64,000 nt of DNA, taken from positions 1,182,373-1,246,372 of the forward strand of contig JAAOMT010000003.1 of NCBI GenBank assembly GCA_016748015.1. The letters run 5' to 3'. Position 1 is the first letter of the stretch, and every line of letters starts with the position of its first letter. The position numbers were made by a program, and so were the translations under genes. This document shows positions 31,101-43,700 of the stretch, in pieces. This DNA is from Geosiphon pyriformis uo1 (taxonomy: Eukaryota > Fungi > Glomeromycota). The notes beneath the pieces were generated by a model, which was not told where the DNA came from, did no database searches, and was given only the letters and a program-made list of their open reading frames with translations.

Positions 31101-34100
31101 AAAGTTGCTTGGGTTTTATTATTGTGGTAGTTGATATCTCTATTTTTGCTATTATTGTTAATTGGTAAAATAATTTTCAACTTTTTTAGTTAGTTGATTA
31201 ATTTTTTTTTTAGCTGCTGAATTGGTTTCTTCAATGGCTAGATTGACAAGTTTTGTATAATTGGCTTCTTTTATTGTCATTATTATGGAATGGTTTTCTT
31301 GGTATATTTAATTGCCAATATTCCATTTTAATTGCAATTAGTCTTTTGTGAGTTCCTTAATTTTATTTGTGTAATAATGTTATTGTTATACTGAAGACTT
31401 TTTTTTTAATGTTACAATGTAAGTTATTTTTCAATTTCTAATTGTTGTGTGTATTTATGTACTCCTTCTCAAAGATTAAACTGAAATCTACCCACTGTTT
31501 TTAGTCTTCTCTAAAGCTATTTTTACAATTGCTTAATCTGTTTCTCTAATTTAAAAACATGAAATGTTAATAGCCCTTAGCACTTTTCCTAATTTTCACA
31601 ATAAAGCTTTTATCAATTAATAACAATGTGAATAATCTTAATCAAAGATTATTCTTCCAAAAGATTCAGCTGATAAATAATAGTTTTATTCAATAAATAA
31701 TACAAGTAAGTTTCTTAACATTTTAAGTTGTAATTATTCAGTTTTCAATATTCTTTTTGATTAAAGGTTTTTGTGAATATTTATTTTTAAAAGTAAAGAC
31801 TAAAAGATCATTAAAATGGAACTGTTAAATGAATTGTTTGATAACTTGTTTTTATGATTTGTTGGATAATATTGTTTTTCTCAATATTAAAACTACTATA
31901 TATATATATGTTTGTAGTTTTATAAGAAAACACATTGTAATACTTTTTTTTTGGTATTTCAATCTGGTGTTTACTACTATTACCAGTTAGTATTAACCAC
32001 TATTACCAATTGGTGTTAGCCACTATTGTAAACTAGTGCTTGCCATTATTACAAGATAGTGCTTGTTACTATGTTAATTATTATCTTTCTAGAATTATTA
32101 CTGTACTATATTATGATTGAATAATTTATATTATTTTATAATTTTTTTGCTAAATTCTTGAACCATAATATTATTTTATAGGTCTTAGCATATTGGATAG
32201 TAGTAATTAAGTCTTTTAGAACATGTGATTAAACTTTTTTGATAAGTTTGTCTTTTAATTTTGCAATAAATTAATCCAAAATCTGGGCATTAAAGTAATA
32301 ATTATTGGTTTTTAATTGTTGAATTCATTAGAGAAATTTGTTGAACTTTCCAAGATAAGTTATAACAAATTCAAATGGTTTTTGTTTGATATTGCAAAAC
32401 TAATTTTCAAGAATAATAAATGTATTGTTATTAATGAATTGTTTCAAGAAAGCATTTTTAAATGCTTGTCAATTTTCAAATAGTTTTGCCAAATTTTTAA
32501 ACCATTCTCCAGCTGTTTTTTAAAGAAATTAGAGAATAGCTTTTAACATTCTGGCTGCATTCTATTTGTTTGCATTTTCTGCTTTTCCAACTCTATTTAA
32601 CTATTCTTGAGGACTGATATTAGCATCTTTACTAGTAAATTCAGTAATTTTTGCAATATAAGTGGTTGCTATTTCTTCTGTATATTTGTTTTTAATGGGT
32701 TTTTTTTCAGTAAATTCAGAAATGTTTTTGTTGTTATCAAAGTAATTATTTTGGTTTTCTGCTAAGAAATCAAGAAGATTGGTACTGATAAATATTAATT
32801 TTGGTTGTTGAATAGGACTTTTTGGTAAGATAAAATCTTCTAGTTTTGAAAACCAGATAAGAAGTAAATTGGGTGTTTGCAATTAAACAAATAAAATAAG
32901 AAATAGTGTGATAAAGAGTGGTAATCTGACACTAGTTCCTTAATCAGATGTTTATAAGTATTTGGCCATTATTCTTGGTGTGTTATGAATTGTTTTTGAG
33001 TTTTGTTTTTGTTTTTGTTTTTTTTGTTGTTATTTTTAGATTCTGATTCTATGTTTAAAAAAAAATTTGAATTGTACTGAGTATTTTTTTACAATATTAA
33101 ATGATATTAAAATTGAGTTTTTAAAAGTAAATGTAAAGTGTTTTACTATTAAAGTTTTTTGTTTTTAAGTAGAAATAATATAGTAAATTTTCATAAAAAT
33201 TGTTTTTGACTTTTGAAATATTATAGTCTTCAAAAAAATAATTGTTAATACAGTTTTTAATATATTGGTATAATAATTTATTAAAAACTTCAATTCCGTC
33301 TTAAATTTTAAATTTTTGTTTACAGTAAGTGTAAATTAACCAATAATACTCTAGAGTTGTTGTGTTAGATGTGATTATTACTTTGAAGTTGTTATTGCTG
33401 TATTAATTTATAAAAAAGCACTAAATTTTACTAAAGACTTTTGGTTTTTTTTTTAAATATTTTTAATGTTAATTTGCTGCTAATTTATGATTTCTGAAAG
33501 CTAATGAATTTTTAATAACTGAATTTATTTTTAAATTATTTCTTATAATTTGAATTGCTGGAATTATAAGTGGAATAACCAATTTTATACTAGTTACTTT
33601 GTATAGTTATATTATAGTAAATATCAACTTTTTCTTAGGAATTGCTTATCTAAAAGCTTACTAAATTGTGTAGTTACTTTGTTGTAAAAATCAACTCTTT
33701 TACAAAAATCTTATCTGTAGACTACTTTAGTAATTATAATAAGAAAAGTAAAAGAAAATATAAAAAAATATAAAAAAAATAGAATTTAATTTAAAAAAAT
33801 TGTTTCTGATTCAAGCCTAAAAAAATTAATGGTTTACTAAAATTGGTAGCTAATCAATTTTAAAATGTTAAATGGGTTTTAAGAAATTTTAAGTATAAAT
33901 AATTTAAAAAAATTAAGCTTTTAAAATATTTATTTTTTATTTATTTTTTTTACAAAAATATATAAAAGTTAATTGATTCTAATTAAGATAATTCTTGATA
34001 AGATATATTTTTTTAAAGAGAAAAGCTCTTTTTTATACAACTTGTTATAATACTAGTTTGTGAATTTGAACTTTTTTTTTTGTTATAATTTTGATAAACT

Positions 34101-37100
34101 AAAAATATATTTTAATAAACTACAAGTTATTTCATTAAATTATTTATTATTTTTACAAATTTCTACAAATTTTGATGAATTTTTGAATATTATATGGTTT
34201 AGTATATTGTGTAATTTGATCATTCTAATTTCTATTGTACAAATTGAATTATTAATTAAATAGCACTTTCTTTTTTGGTGGCTCTTCTTCTGGCTCTGGT
34301 TATGGTTTAAGCTTCTCTTTGTCTGGTGCTTTGGGATTGGGTGGTGGTGCTTTCTCTTTCCTATTCGACAAGTCTCCCTTGGTTGCTCATTTGGCATCTT
34401 TGGAATGCTCTCTTAAACTTTTGGCTGACCAGGTTTCTGGTATTTTCAGAAAATTGAATTTTGTTAAATTGGTGCTTATGGTACTGTTTTCTGATGCTCT
34501 TTTTTTGGTTGGCTCTGTGCTGGTGGCTCCTGTTTTGGATTCAGATATGGCTTTGGATGGTGTATTGGCTCTGACCTCTCCCTTTCTCTCAAGTGTTGAG
34601 TTAGGTGCTGGTTTCAATTCAAGTAGTTCAAAGGTTCTGACCACCAAAATAGGTGGTTTGGAGTCTAAAATGTCAGCTATGGAGGCTTCGGTCAGTTTTG
34701 TTTTGGCGAAATTGGATCTCTTGTGTTCTGGTTTAGATCTTTTTTTACCTTATTCTTTCCAATAAGTAGTCTGGTTTGGAAATTTGCTATGTGTAATATT
34801 CATGGAATCAATGTTCCTGCCAAGCAGGAGGATGTTGTGTATTGGCATTAAGATTCTGGCAATTTGGTCTCATTCATTATGGAAACAAAGTTAAGATCTT
34901 CTACTAAGCCATGAATTGCAAATAAGTTTAATGGAATGCAGATTTTTTTTTCAGGATTAAATAAAAGTTTCATTGGTACTGGTGTTGCTATAATTATAGA
35001 CAATTCCTTGGCTCATTATGTTTCTAAGGTGGAGGAGATTCCTGATAGAGTTGTTTCTGTTCAGCTCTTATTTAAAGACAAACTCTTGGTTACTCTTTTG
35101 GGATTATATGCTGGTGCCTCTTCTGGGGCTAAATTTGGTCAGGCTTCTAAAGTTAACTTTTTCATTGCAAAAGCTGTCAACTCCAGCATTCATGTTATCT
35201 TGGGTAGGAACTTTAATGAGAATGGATCTGGTAGGAGTGCAAGTTTCAAGTTCTGTTTGGGTTTGGGTTTGGTCAATTCATTTGGTAATCATTGTTCAGC
35301 TGGCTCTCATACATGGAACAATTCAAGAGGGGTTGTGAAGACAATTGATTACATTCTTGTTAGTGGCAGCTTGTCTTCTGCTGTTGCTAATTATCAGACA
35401 GTCCTTGTTTCAGATTTCTTTGACACTAATCACAGGGCAGTTATGGTGTCAATTGGTTTGGGTGGGCTTCTGAATGTTCAATTGAATAGCTTGTGCAAGC
35501 AGGCAAATAGAGATTGTTGGAAATTTAAGTTCAAAGATGCTGACAGTGCTAAATGGGCTAAGTTTAGAGATCTCTTTTCGGCAAAACTCTTGTCATTGGA
35601 TAACATGTTCTCTAGTGCTGAAGTGCATGGTAATGTGGATGCTATGTGGGTGATGTTGTAGGAGGCTGTATTAGAATCTGCTGATAAGACATTTTTAAGA
35701 CATTGGTTTAGCAAATTTAGGTGTCTGAAAAACAAGCATTCTTCCAAGTTTTTTGGTTTGGAATTGTTGGTGGCCAAGATTGTCAAGAAATTTTGCTCTG
35801 ATGGCTTGTCTGATGTTGATTTTCTTGTAAGTAAGTGGTTGACTCTGGATAATGTCAAGGCTTGTGCCTTCAGAGACTTGGTTAGCTCAGGTGTCAAATC
35901 TGATGTTATTGTTAAGCATTTGTCATTGGTCTACAAAGATTACAGGAGGGTGAAGATGTTTGAGTTGAGGTTTGCTGAGGAGACTTCTATTAGGAAGGCA
36001 ATTGATAGGTGCATGAAAAATTTCTGTTCAGACAAAGGTAGTATGATCAGAAGTGTGTTGGACAGATCTCATTACAAGGTAGTGTTGGATCACCTGGTGG
36101 TTGATTATGAATTGGTTTTGGAGCCTGAAAAGGTGAAGGCAAGCGTGGACAAAATAATGAAAAAGTGGACAAGAAAATAATCAGTGCAGGCAGTGATCTC
36201 TGATCTTTAGACTTGGCAGTATGAGCCATTGAAATGATGTCTTTTCTGGTGTTATGTATGAGGTTGACATGGATGAGTTGCTTTCGGTCGTTAGTGATTT
36301 GTCTGATGGCAAGGCTGCTGATTTGTCTGGTATTCTAAATGAGTTGTGAAAACATAGTAGTAAGATGGTTTTGGAGTGCATGTTAGCACTATTTAATGTG
36401 TGTTTGTCTGCTGGTGTGGTGCCTGTTTTGTGGAAAAAGACATGGGTTTCAATGATTCCCAAGTCTTATGACTGGGATGGGGTCCTTATAAACACTTGGC
36501 CCATTGCTTTGATTGAAACTGTCAGGAAAATTCTGTTTAAGGTTTTGTCTGATCGTATTTCAGTGGTTTACAGCAAGTTTGACATTCTTCAGGGTAACAA
36601 TTTTTCAGTGTTAAAGGGTACATCTACGCAATCTCCAGTGTTTGCTGTCGACTCAATGGTTGAAGATGCTCTTAAAAAGAATTGAGAGGTTTGGTTGGTT
36701 TTGCAGGATATGCAGAAAGCTTAGAATTCAGTTAAGTGGCACTATTTGAGGACTAGCTTGTGGTGTATCAAGATGTGTGAGAAATTTATAAGGTTTTTTA
36801 GTAGTATTCATGAAAATAGGGTTAACAGGATAATGACTGACTTTGGTTTATTTGGTAATTACAAGATGCATGATAGACTAGATCAGGGTAAGGTTTTTTC
36901 ACCTCTTCTGTGGAGAATCTTTTATGATCTGCTTTTGTGTGAGGTTAAAAAACACAAACAATTGTGTGGGTACTGGATTGATACTAAGTTTGTTTCAAAA
37001 ACTGGCAAAATTGAAGATGGTGGTGGTTTGACTTCATACTTTTCAGCTGGTGCATTTGTTGATGATACAATCTGAATTGGAAATTGTCAGGCTTTCACTT

Positions 37101-38917
37101 AATTTGCATTGAACATTGCCAGTGAGTTTTTTGTAATCAATGATATTTTTATCAACAGTGAGAAGACAGTGGCTATTTCCATAAATCAGGGTGTTAAGGT
37201 TGCTAAGCTGAATATTTGTGGTCAGCCAATTTCAATTATTAAGAAGGGTGAGACTTATTGCTATCTGGATATTTTTTTGTCAACTGAGGGGTTATCCAAG
37301 CCAAGTGTTGCCAAAGCTTATGTAGATGTGTGTTTCTTTGTCAATGTTGTATTTAGAAAGGGGATTACTGACAAACAGTTCTCATATTTGGTTTTGGCTG
37401 TCTTGTAGCCTATTGTCAACTATCGCATTCAGTTCAGTTTTGTCTCTTTTAATGTTTGTCACAAGTGGGATGTCTTAGTTAGGAAGGGTCTTAGATCTAA
37501 AGCTTGTTTTTTTCATGATTTTTCTGATGCTGCTTTGTATTATCCATCATTGTATGGCCTGAAACCTTTTAAACAAGTGCAGTCTGAAGGGAAGGTAACT
37601 GCTTTAATAATGTTCTCCAATGCTTCTGGTGTTCTCGAGCATTTGTTTAGTCATAGATTTTTGGATTTGCAGGTTCTTGGTTGGACTCCTTTGGATTCTC
37701 TGCAGTTTTTTATCAAGTTGCATGTCAGTCCAGTGAACAATTTTTTGGCTGGGCTAGTAAAAATTTTTTTGAACAATGGGCTATCTTTGGTGAATAATCT
37801 TCTCACTGCGTTTCATAGTCTTGGTTACTTTCTTATGTCCACTATTCTTGAAAAGTCTCTGTATTTTGATTCGGTCATCTCTTTTAAGCACTTTGGTGTC
37901 ACTTTTGGTAATCAGCTTTTAGATAAAAAGGGTGGTTTGATGGATTAGAAGACATTTTGCCATTGAAAGAGGTTGGATCCACGTGGTTCTGTGCCTTATT
38001 GGTTCGCAGTTTCTTCTAAATTTTTGAGAGATAAGAGTTTCTCATCTTCTGGTTCTGCTGACCCTGTTGTGCTGCTTGGGTTAGACATTTTGGGGTCTGA
38101 AGAGTTCTCTGCTGTGAAAAATGGGTTACATGATATGTGGTCAGGTTTTTTTGAATAGATCTTTAAAGAATTTTGGTTCCACTGAGGTTGCCAGTGGTGC
38201 TGCTGCTTACTTTCTAGTATTGGATTAGAGTATTGGTATTGCTGTCCAAGGTCTTTTGTTATCTACTATAGCCAAATTACAGGCCATTGCTTTGTCTTTG
38301 GAGTGTGTTCCTTCTTCGAGTACTGTAGTGTTATATCTTGACAGCCAGGCTGCTATTGATGCTTGTGTGTCTGAGATGTCTTTAACTGCCCCTGATTTTT
38401 GTAATCAATGTTAGATAAAAAGGTGTCATATTTTCAATTTGGTTAAGAATAAAGATCTTAGTGTGAGTTGAATTAAGGTGAAGGGCCATTCTGGGGTTTC
38501 TGAGAATGTGGAAGCTGACTTGGCTGCTGGGACTGCCTCTGAGTCTCTTTTTTCCCTTTTGGCTGGAGTACGAGAACACTTTCTGGTTGCTGAGAGTACT
38601 CCTGTCTCCGATAATGCCTGTTATTTTGTCAGGGATATTTTTTGTTCTGTTTGTCGTGCTTGTTGGAAAGCTGGTCTTGGTTTTGATGTAGTTTCAAGTG
38701 CAATAATTGTTTGCATAAACTGGGTTGTCACTGCAATGGTATGGCATTCTGATTCTCATATGCTTACTGGTTTTACTAGTCATAAATCCTCAATGTTTTG
38801 AACTTATCTTATGAAAGCTGTCCACAGGAGATTGCCAGTAGTGGTTAGAAAGAGGTTGTATGACAGACATTACCCTAGTATGTTGTGTTTGTTGTGTAGT
38901 AGTGTAAAGTTCTCCGA

Positions 38918-39966
38918 TGTTATGGGTAAACTTGATGGATATGGGAAATGGTAACGTTTGGTGCTTTCAATTATTGATGATGCGTCTTCTGCGTAATTCT
39001 GTTGGCTTAGTCTTGATTATCAGTCTCTGAAGGTCTATTCCTGGATGTGAATTTTACCCGTTGAGTTCTTTGGTTATAAGGCACAGAGTTTGTCTTTTGT
39101 CGATTGCAACGTTTTTTGTAAATGTGAGCTTTCTTCTCCGAGCTAACGAGTGCAGTTGTTAGAGTCTGGTGTTGTCTTTTCACCCTTCTGGTAAGCTAAC
39201 AAGATAATGTTAATATCCAAAACTTAGGGGGAGCTTCCCTCTTTTATCAGGCTATCACGAAGTCTATTCCCAGACAGTCGATTTTACTATGTTGCTGCTT
39301 TACAAAAAATAAGACAGAAAAAGAAAGAAAAAGAAAAAGAAAAAGAAAAGAAAAGAAAAGAGAGAAAAGATAAATTAGTATCATCAATTGCCATGATCAA
39401 GAGTGATTGGTCCAAATTGTTAATAGATTTGAGGTGGTTATGCTAAGAGCATCTGTTCTAGAATGGAGGTACGAGACAAGGGTTAATTCATGTAAATTCC
39501 ACAAAGTTTGAGAACATGAATTTGTGATTCTGATTTCTTTTAATAATTGGTTTATTTCAGAAGATGAAATAGGGAAGATAATAAAGAATGAAGGGGTATG
39601 AATATTTTAATTTTTGGTTTAGAGGTTCATATCTATTTTTTTCTTCTCTGTCCTTTCTCACTTCTACAACTACTTGCTTTTATACATTCTTTTGGTTTTA
39701 CAGGATTGCTTTCAATTGTCTCACTATTGCTAGCTATTGCTTTGTTGTTTCTGTTATTGCTTCATTTTTCTACATTATCGCTAGTTATCCTATGTTATAA
39801 CACATTATCTGATGTTATTACATGTTATTCTGTGTTATCCTGCATTATAACACATTATCCAATGTTATAACGTGTTATCCAACGTTATTGCACGTTATTC
39901 TGTGTTATGTCATATTTTGGTTATGTTTCTTTATAACTTTAGATCGGTTTTTCTACTCAGATAACA
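38918..39966 (-). repeat. 3' LTR of Gypsy-C (1049 bp)
   Basis: Direct repeat of 48023-49115 with TG...CA ends. Confidence 0.95.
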
Positions 39967-39982
39967 TTATCTCTCTCTTTTT
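39967..39982 (-). promoter_or_regulatory. Polypurine tract of Gypsy-C
   Basis: Minus strand reads AAAAAGAGAGAGATAA directly before the 3' LTR TGTTAT. Confidence 0.85.
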
Positions 39983-40715
39983 AAAATTGAGCTCCTACGA
40001 AACTGTATGTATCTGTTATCATGGTTTCGTTCATGTAATGTTTGATTGTTGCCTCGAGTATTGCCTTTTGTAGGTCTTTGAACTGTTGATTGGTTATTCG
40101 TCCTATACTGTTAACTATTATGGTTTTCATAGATCCATTCAGTAGTACGTTTGGGCAATGTTGGAAGGTGGCGTATAGTCGGTATGCTGCTTTGTAATGT
40201 AGAATCAGGTTGTTTTTTTCTACGAATTTTTCTACTTGTTGTATTGCTTCTTTGTTGAATATTTTCTGGCTGAGATCTTCATATGGTGTTTTCAAGTCAA
40301 GCTGTTCTCCAATTTTGTAGAACCAATAAGCTGGAGGAAGTCTTTCTTTCCATTCCTGGGCGTTGTCAAGTGTCCACTCCCCTGTTTCGGGGAGTTTGGT
40401 CCCACAAGCTAAAGCTTCTTTTATTTCTTCGAGCTCGGGGACCAAGTATCTTCTTTTGTAACTTTTTTCTCATTCTTTGCCTCCTTCTTTTCCACCTCCC
40501 GCCTAAAGGCAATTTTTCCTCCCACATTGCCTTTCGGGTGGTGGGTAGGAGAGAGAACATTTAGTTCTAATTGAACTCTCGTTCTTCCCTCTCCTGCTCT
40601 TATCTTTGTACTGTATGTCTTTTTTACCAATTGTTATTTCTATTTGAGATGTCAATTTTTGAATTGTTTCAAATAATTGTTTAGATAATTTTAAAATTTG
40701 ATCTGAAAGGTCCAT
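39981..40715 (-). pseudogene. ORF3 of Gypsy-C (~244 aa, env position, two in-frame stops)
   Basis: ORFs 40503-40775 and 39981-40445 are in the same frame. Likely start is MDLSDQILKLSKQL at 40715 and it ends 'FVGAQF*' at the PPT. A homologue is present in Gypsy-B. Confidence 0.8.
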
Positions 40716-40795
40716 GTTGAAATTTCTATCGTTTCTTGCTGCTTTTCGGATGCTATATATATTTGAATTCCCCAATTTAATTTGCTGCCCATTGT

Positions 40796-43700
40796 TTACG
40801 TTTCAATGACAATAATTGGTTCCAGATCTGGTGGTATATTTTCTGATCTGATTAATGAAATTTGTGTTCCTAGTTGAGGTACTGATGATGATGATTCCTG
40901 TTTTACATGATAAATTTTTAACCAATTTCCATGCGCTACTTTCTTTAAAATCCTGTCTTCTAATCGTAATTTGTAAGCTCCATTTCCTAACGCTTCGTGT
41001 ATATGGAATGGACCATCCCACTTTGGGTCGAACTTTTCACTCCACTGTTTCTCAGCTTTTATACAATGTAACAGTACTTGGTCTCCAATCTTGAATTCCA
41101 TTGGTTGTTTTGATAGGTGTTTATCATGTCTTTCTTTTTGTCGTTCTTGAGTGTGACTAATATTGCCAGCTACTGTTTTTTGATTGTTTTCTAACATTTC
41201 CATTAGCTGGTACGTTATTTGGTATAAGATAGCCTCAAAATTCTCTTCATTGATTGTTTCTGTTGGGTATGATGGTATCACTTGTTCAATCGGTAATGTA
41301 GCTTTTCTTCCATAGACTAGTTCGAATGGTGTGAACTGAGTCGTATTTTGTTTCAATGTTCAGTATGCAAAGAGTACAGAAGATATGAATAAGTCCCATT
41401 CTTGTCTGTTTTCATGACTTATTTTTACTAGTGCTTTGCACAGTGTTCTGTTAAATTGTTCTACCAGTCCGTTTGTTTGTGGGTAGTATGGTGATGATAA
41501 GGGTCTCTTTATTCCAAACTGTTGGCTTAGTTCAGTCAGTGTATTATTAACGAAGTGTGTTCCCTGATCAGATAATAATTCTTTTGGACATCCATGTTGG
41601 CAAATTAGGTCTTGATGCACAAATTTGGTGACTGTTTTGGCATTGGCCACTTGGATTGCTCTGGCTTCTGACTATTTTGTAAGATAGTCTACGGCTACAG
41701 TGATATAGCAATTTCCTTGGGATGTAATTGAAAAAGGTCCAACCAAATCGATCCCGATTCTATCAAATAGATTTCCAACTGGAATGGGTTGAAGTGATTC
41801 TGTTGATCTTGCTCCTCCTCTTCGCTGGCATGCGTCACAATTGAGCATGTATTCGAAAATGTTTTTGTGCATTGTTGGCCAATAGTATAAGTTTAGTGTT
41901 CTTTTGAGGGTAGCGTCTTTTGTTAAAGTGTCCTGCAGTCAGATCTGAATGTACGCTATATAGTATAGTTTCTTTTTCACTGTCCATGATTAGTCATTGT
42001 GGGTTGGGGTGGTTTCGGTGTTCTCGTCAATATAGTTGGTTGTCTTGAATAAAATAATTTCGGGCTTGTTTTCATATGGTACTCTGTTTCTGTTGAGATA
42101 ATATCTTCTTGAAACATAGTGTCAATAGGTACTGATGTAGTCATTGATAAGTGAGTGTGTCCATGGGTTTGAGATTAGGTTTGTGGCATCCTCAACAAAC
42201 TGTCGGCATTGGTGTTCTTGGATCTTTCCTTGTAATGAACTTTGAGTGAAAATTGTTGCAGATAAGTACTCCATCTCGCATATTTTCTTTCTAGTTGTGG
42301 ATTGTTGAGTAACCAAATAAGTCCTTTGTGGTCGGTATATAGGTCAAATGGTTGACTAAGGTAATGTTTCCAAGTCTGTATGGCCCAATAAATGGTGAAA
42401 CATTCTAAATCTGTTGTGCTGTAATTCTTTTCTGCTGGGCTAGTGCTGCGACTAGCGTAGGCAACTGGGTGTTCTCTATTGTCTGGTCCTATCTGTGATA
42501 AGACTGCTCCTAGAGCATTTTTTGAGACGTCCGTAGCAATAATAAACCGTTTAGTGAAATCTGGGTAAATCAGGATTGGGGATATGATCAATTGCTGCTT
42601 GAGATAGTCAAATGCTTTCTGTTGATCTTCCTTCCACAAGTACGGTACGTATTTAGACAACAATTGATGGAGTGGTTTTGTGATGTTCAAGAAACCTTTG
42701 ACAAATCGACAATAATATCATGCTAATTCTAGAAATCCTCGTAATTCTCTGAGGTTGATTGGAGCTGGAAAATCCTTGACTTTTTGTACTTTATCTGGAT
42801 CGGGTTTAACTCTATTCTTGCTGATTATATGTTCTAGGAATTTTAACTCAGTTTTTCCAAAGAAGCACTTCTCGGAATTGAGTTTTAATCCAGCACTACG
42901 AAGACATTCGAAGACTTATTGCAGGTGGAACAGATAGTCTTCAAATATTTCAGAGAACATGTTTGTGTCATCTAGGTAGACTACTACTGATTTCCAAAGA
43001 ATTTCTTTGTATACTACATTTATCAGGCATTAAAATGTGGCAGGAGCATTACAAAGTTCAAAAAGCATTACGTTAAACTCAAAGTTTCCGTCTCAAGTGG
43101 CAAATGCTGTTTTTCTTTTGTCTTTGGGATTTATTTTAACTTGCCAGTAACCACTTGCTAAATCTAATGACGAGAACCATTTTTTTTTCCCTAGATTGTC
43201 CAGAATTTTCTGGATGAGAGGAGTGGGATAACTATCTCCTCGTGTGATGCTATTTAGTTTTTGATAATTTACGCAGAATCACACTTTTCCGTTTTTCTTG
43301 GTGACCAAGACTACTGGTGAAAACCAAGAGCTTAACAATTCTTTGATTAGGCCATTATCAAGCATCCGTTGCACTTCTTGCTTAATTAGGTTATCACCAG
43401 ATGGGGGTACACGATAAGTTCATTGCTTAATTAGTTGAGCGTCTATTGTATCAATCTGATGCTTCATGATGTCGGTGCATCCGAACTCATTTTCACTGGC
43501 AAAGACATTGGCATACTGATTCAGAAGGACTTTGAGTTGCATTTGTTGCAGGGTACTTAAATTTCCTAAATTCAATTTATTGATCTCTTCTGGTGTGAAC
43601 AAGTAACTTTCTTTTGGCAAATTCCATACTTGTGAGGTAATGTCACAGAATAAGAATAATTGTGCGAAATCTGGAATGAACTGGGATTTTTCAGGATTCT

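Noticed and set aside
39781-39910. 10-bp periodic array as a CRISPR array
   Set aside because: No unique spacers, it lies inside an LTR U3, the context is eukaryotic, and there are no cas genes.
39588-40073. Hydrophobic plus-strand ORFs in the LTRs (also 48687-49309) as env/TM proteins
   Set aside because: They are antisense to the element and arise from T-rich sequence and the 10-bp array, so the hydrophobicity is compositional.
40796-40920. Chromodomain at the integrase C-terminus
   Set aside because: After the GPF motif there is only a short S/P-rich tail without chromodomain aromatic residues.
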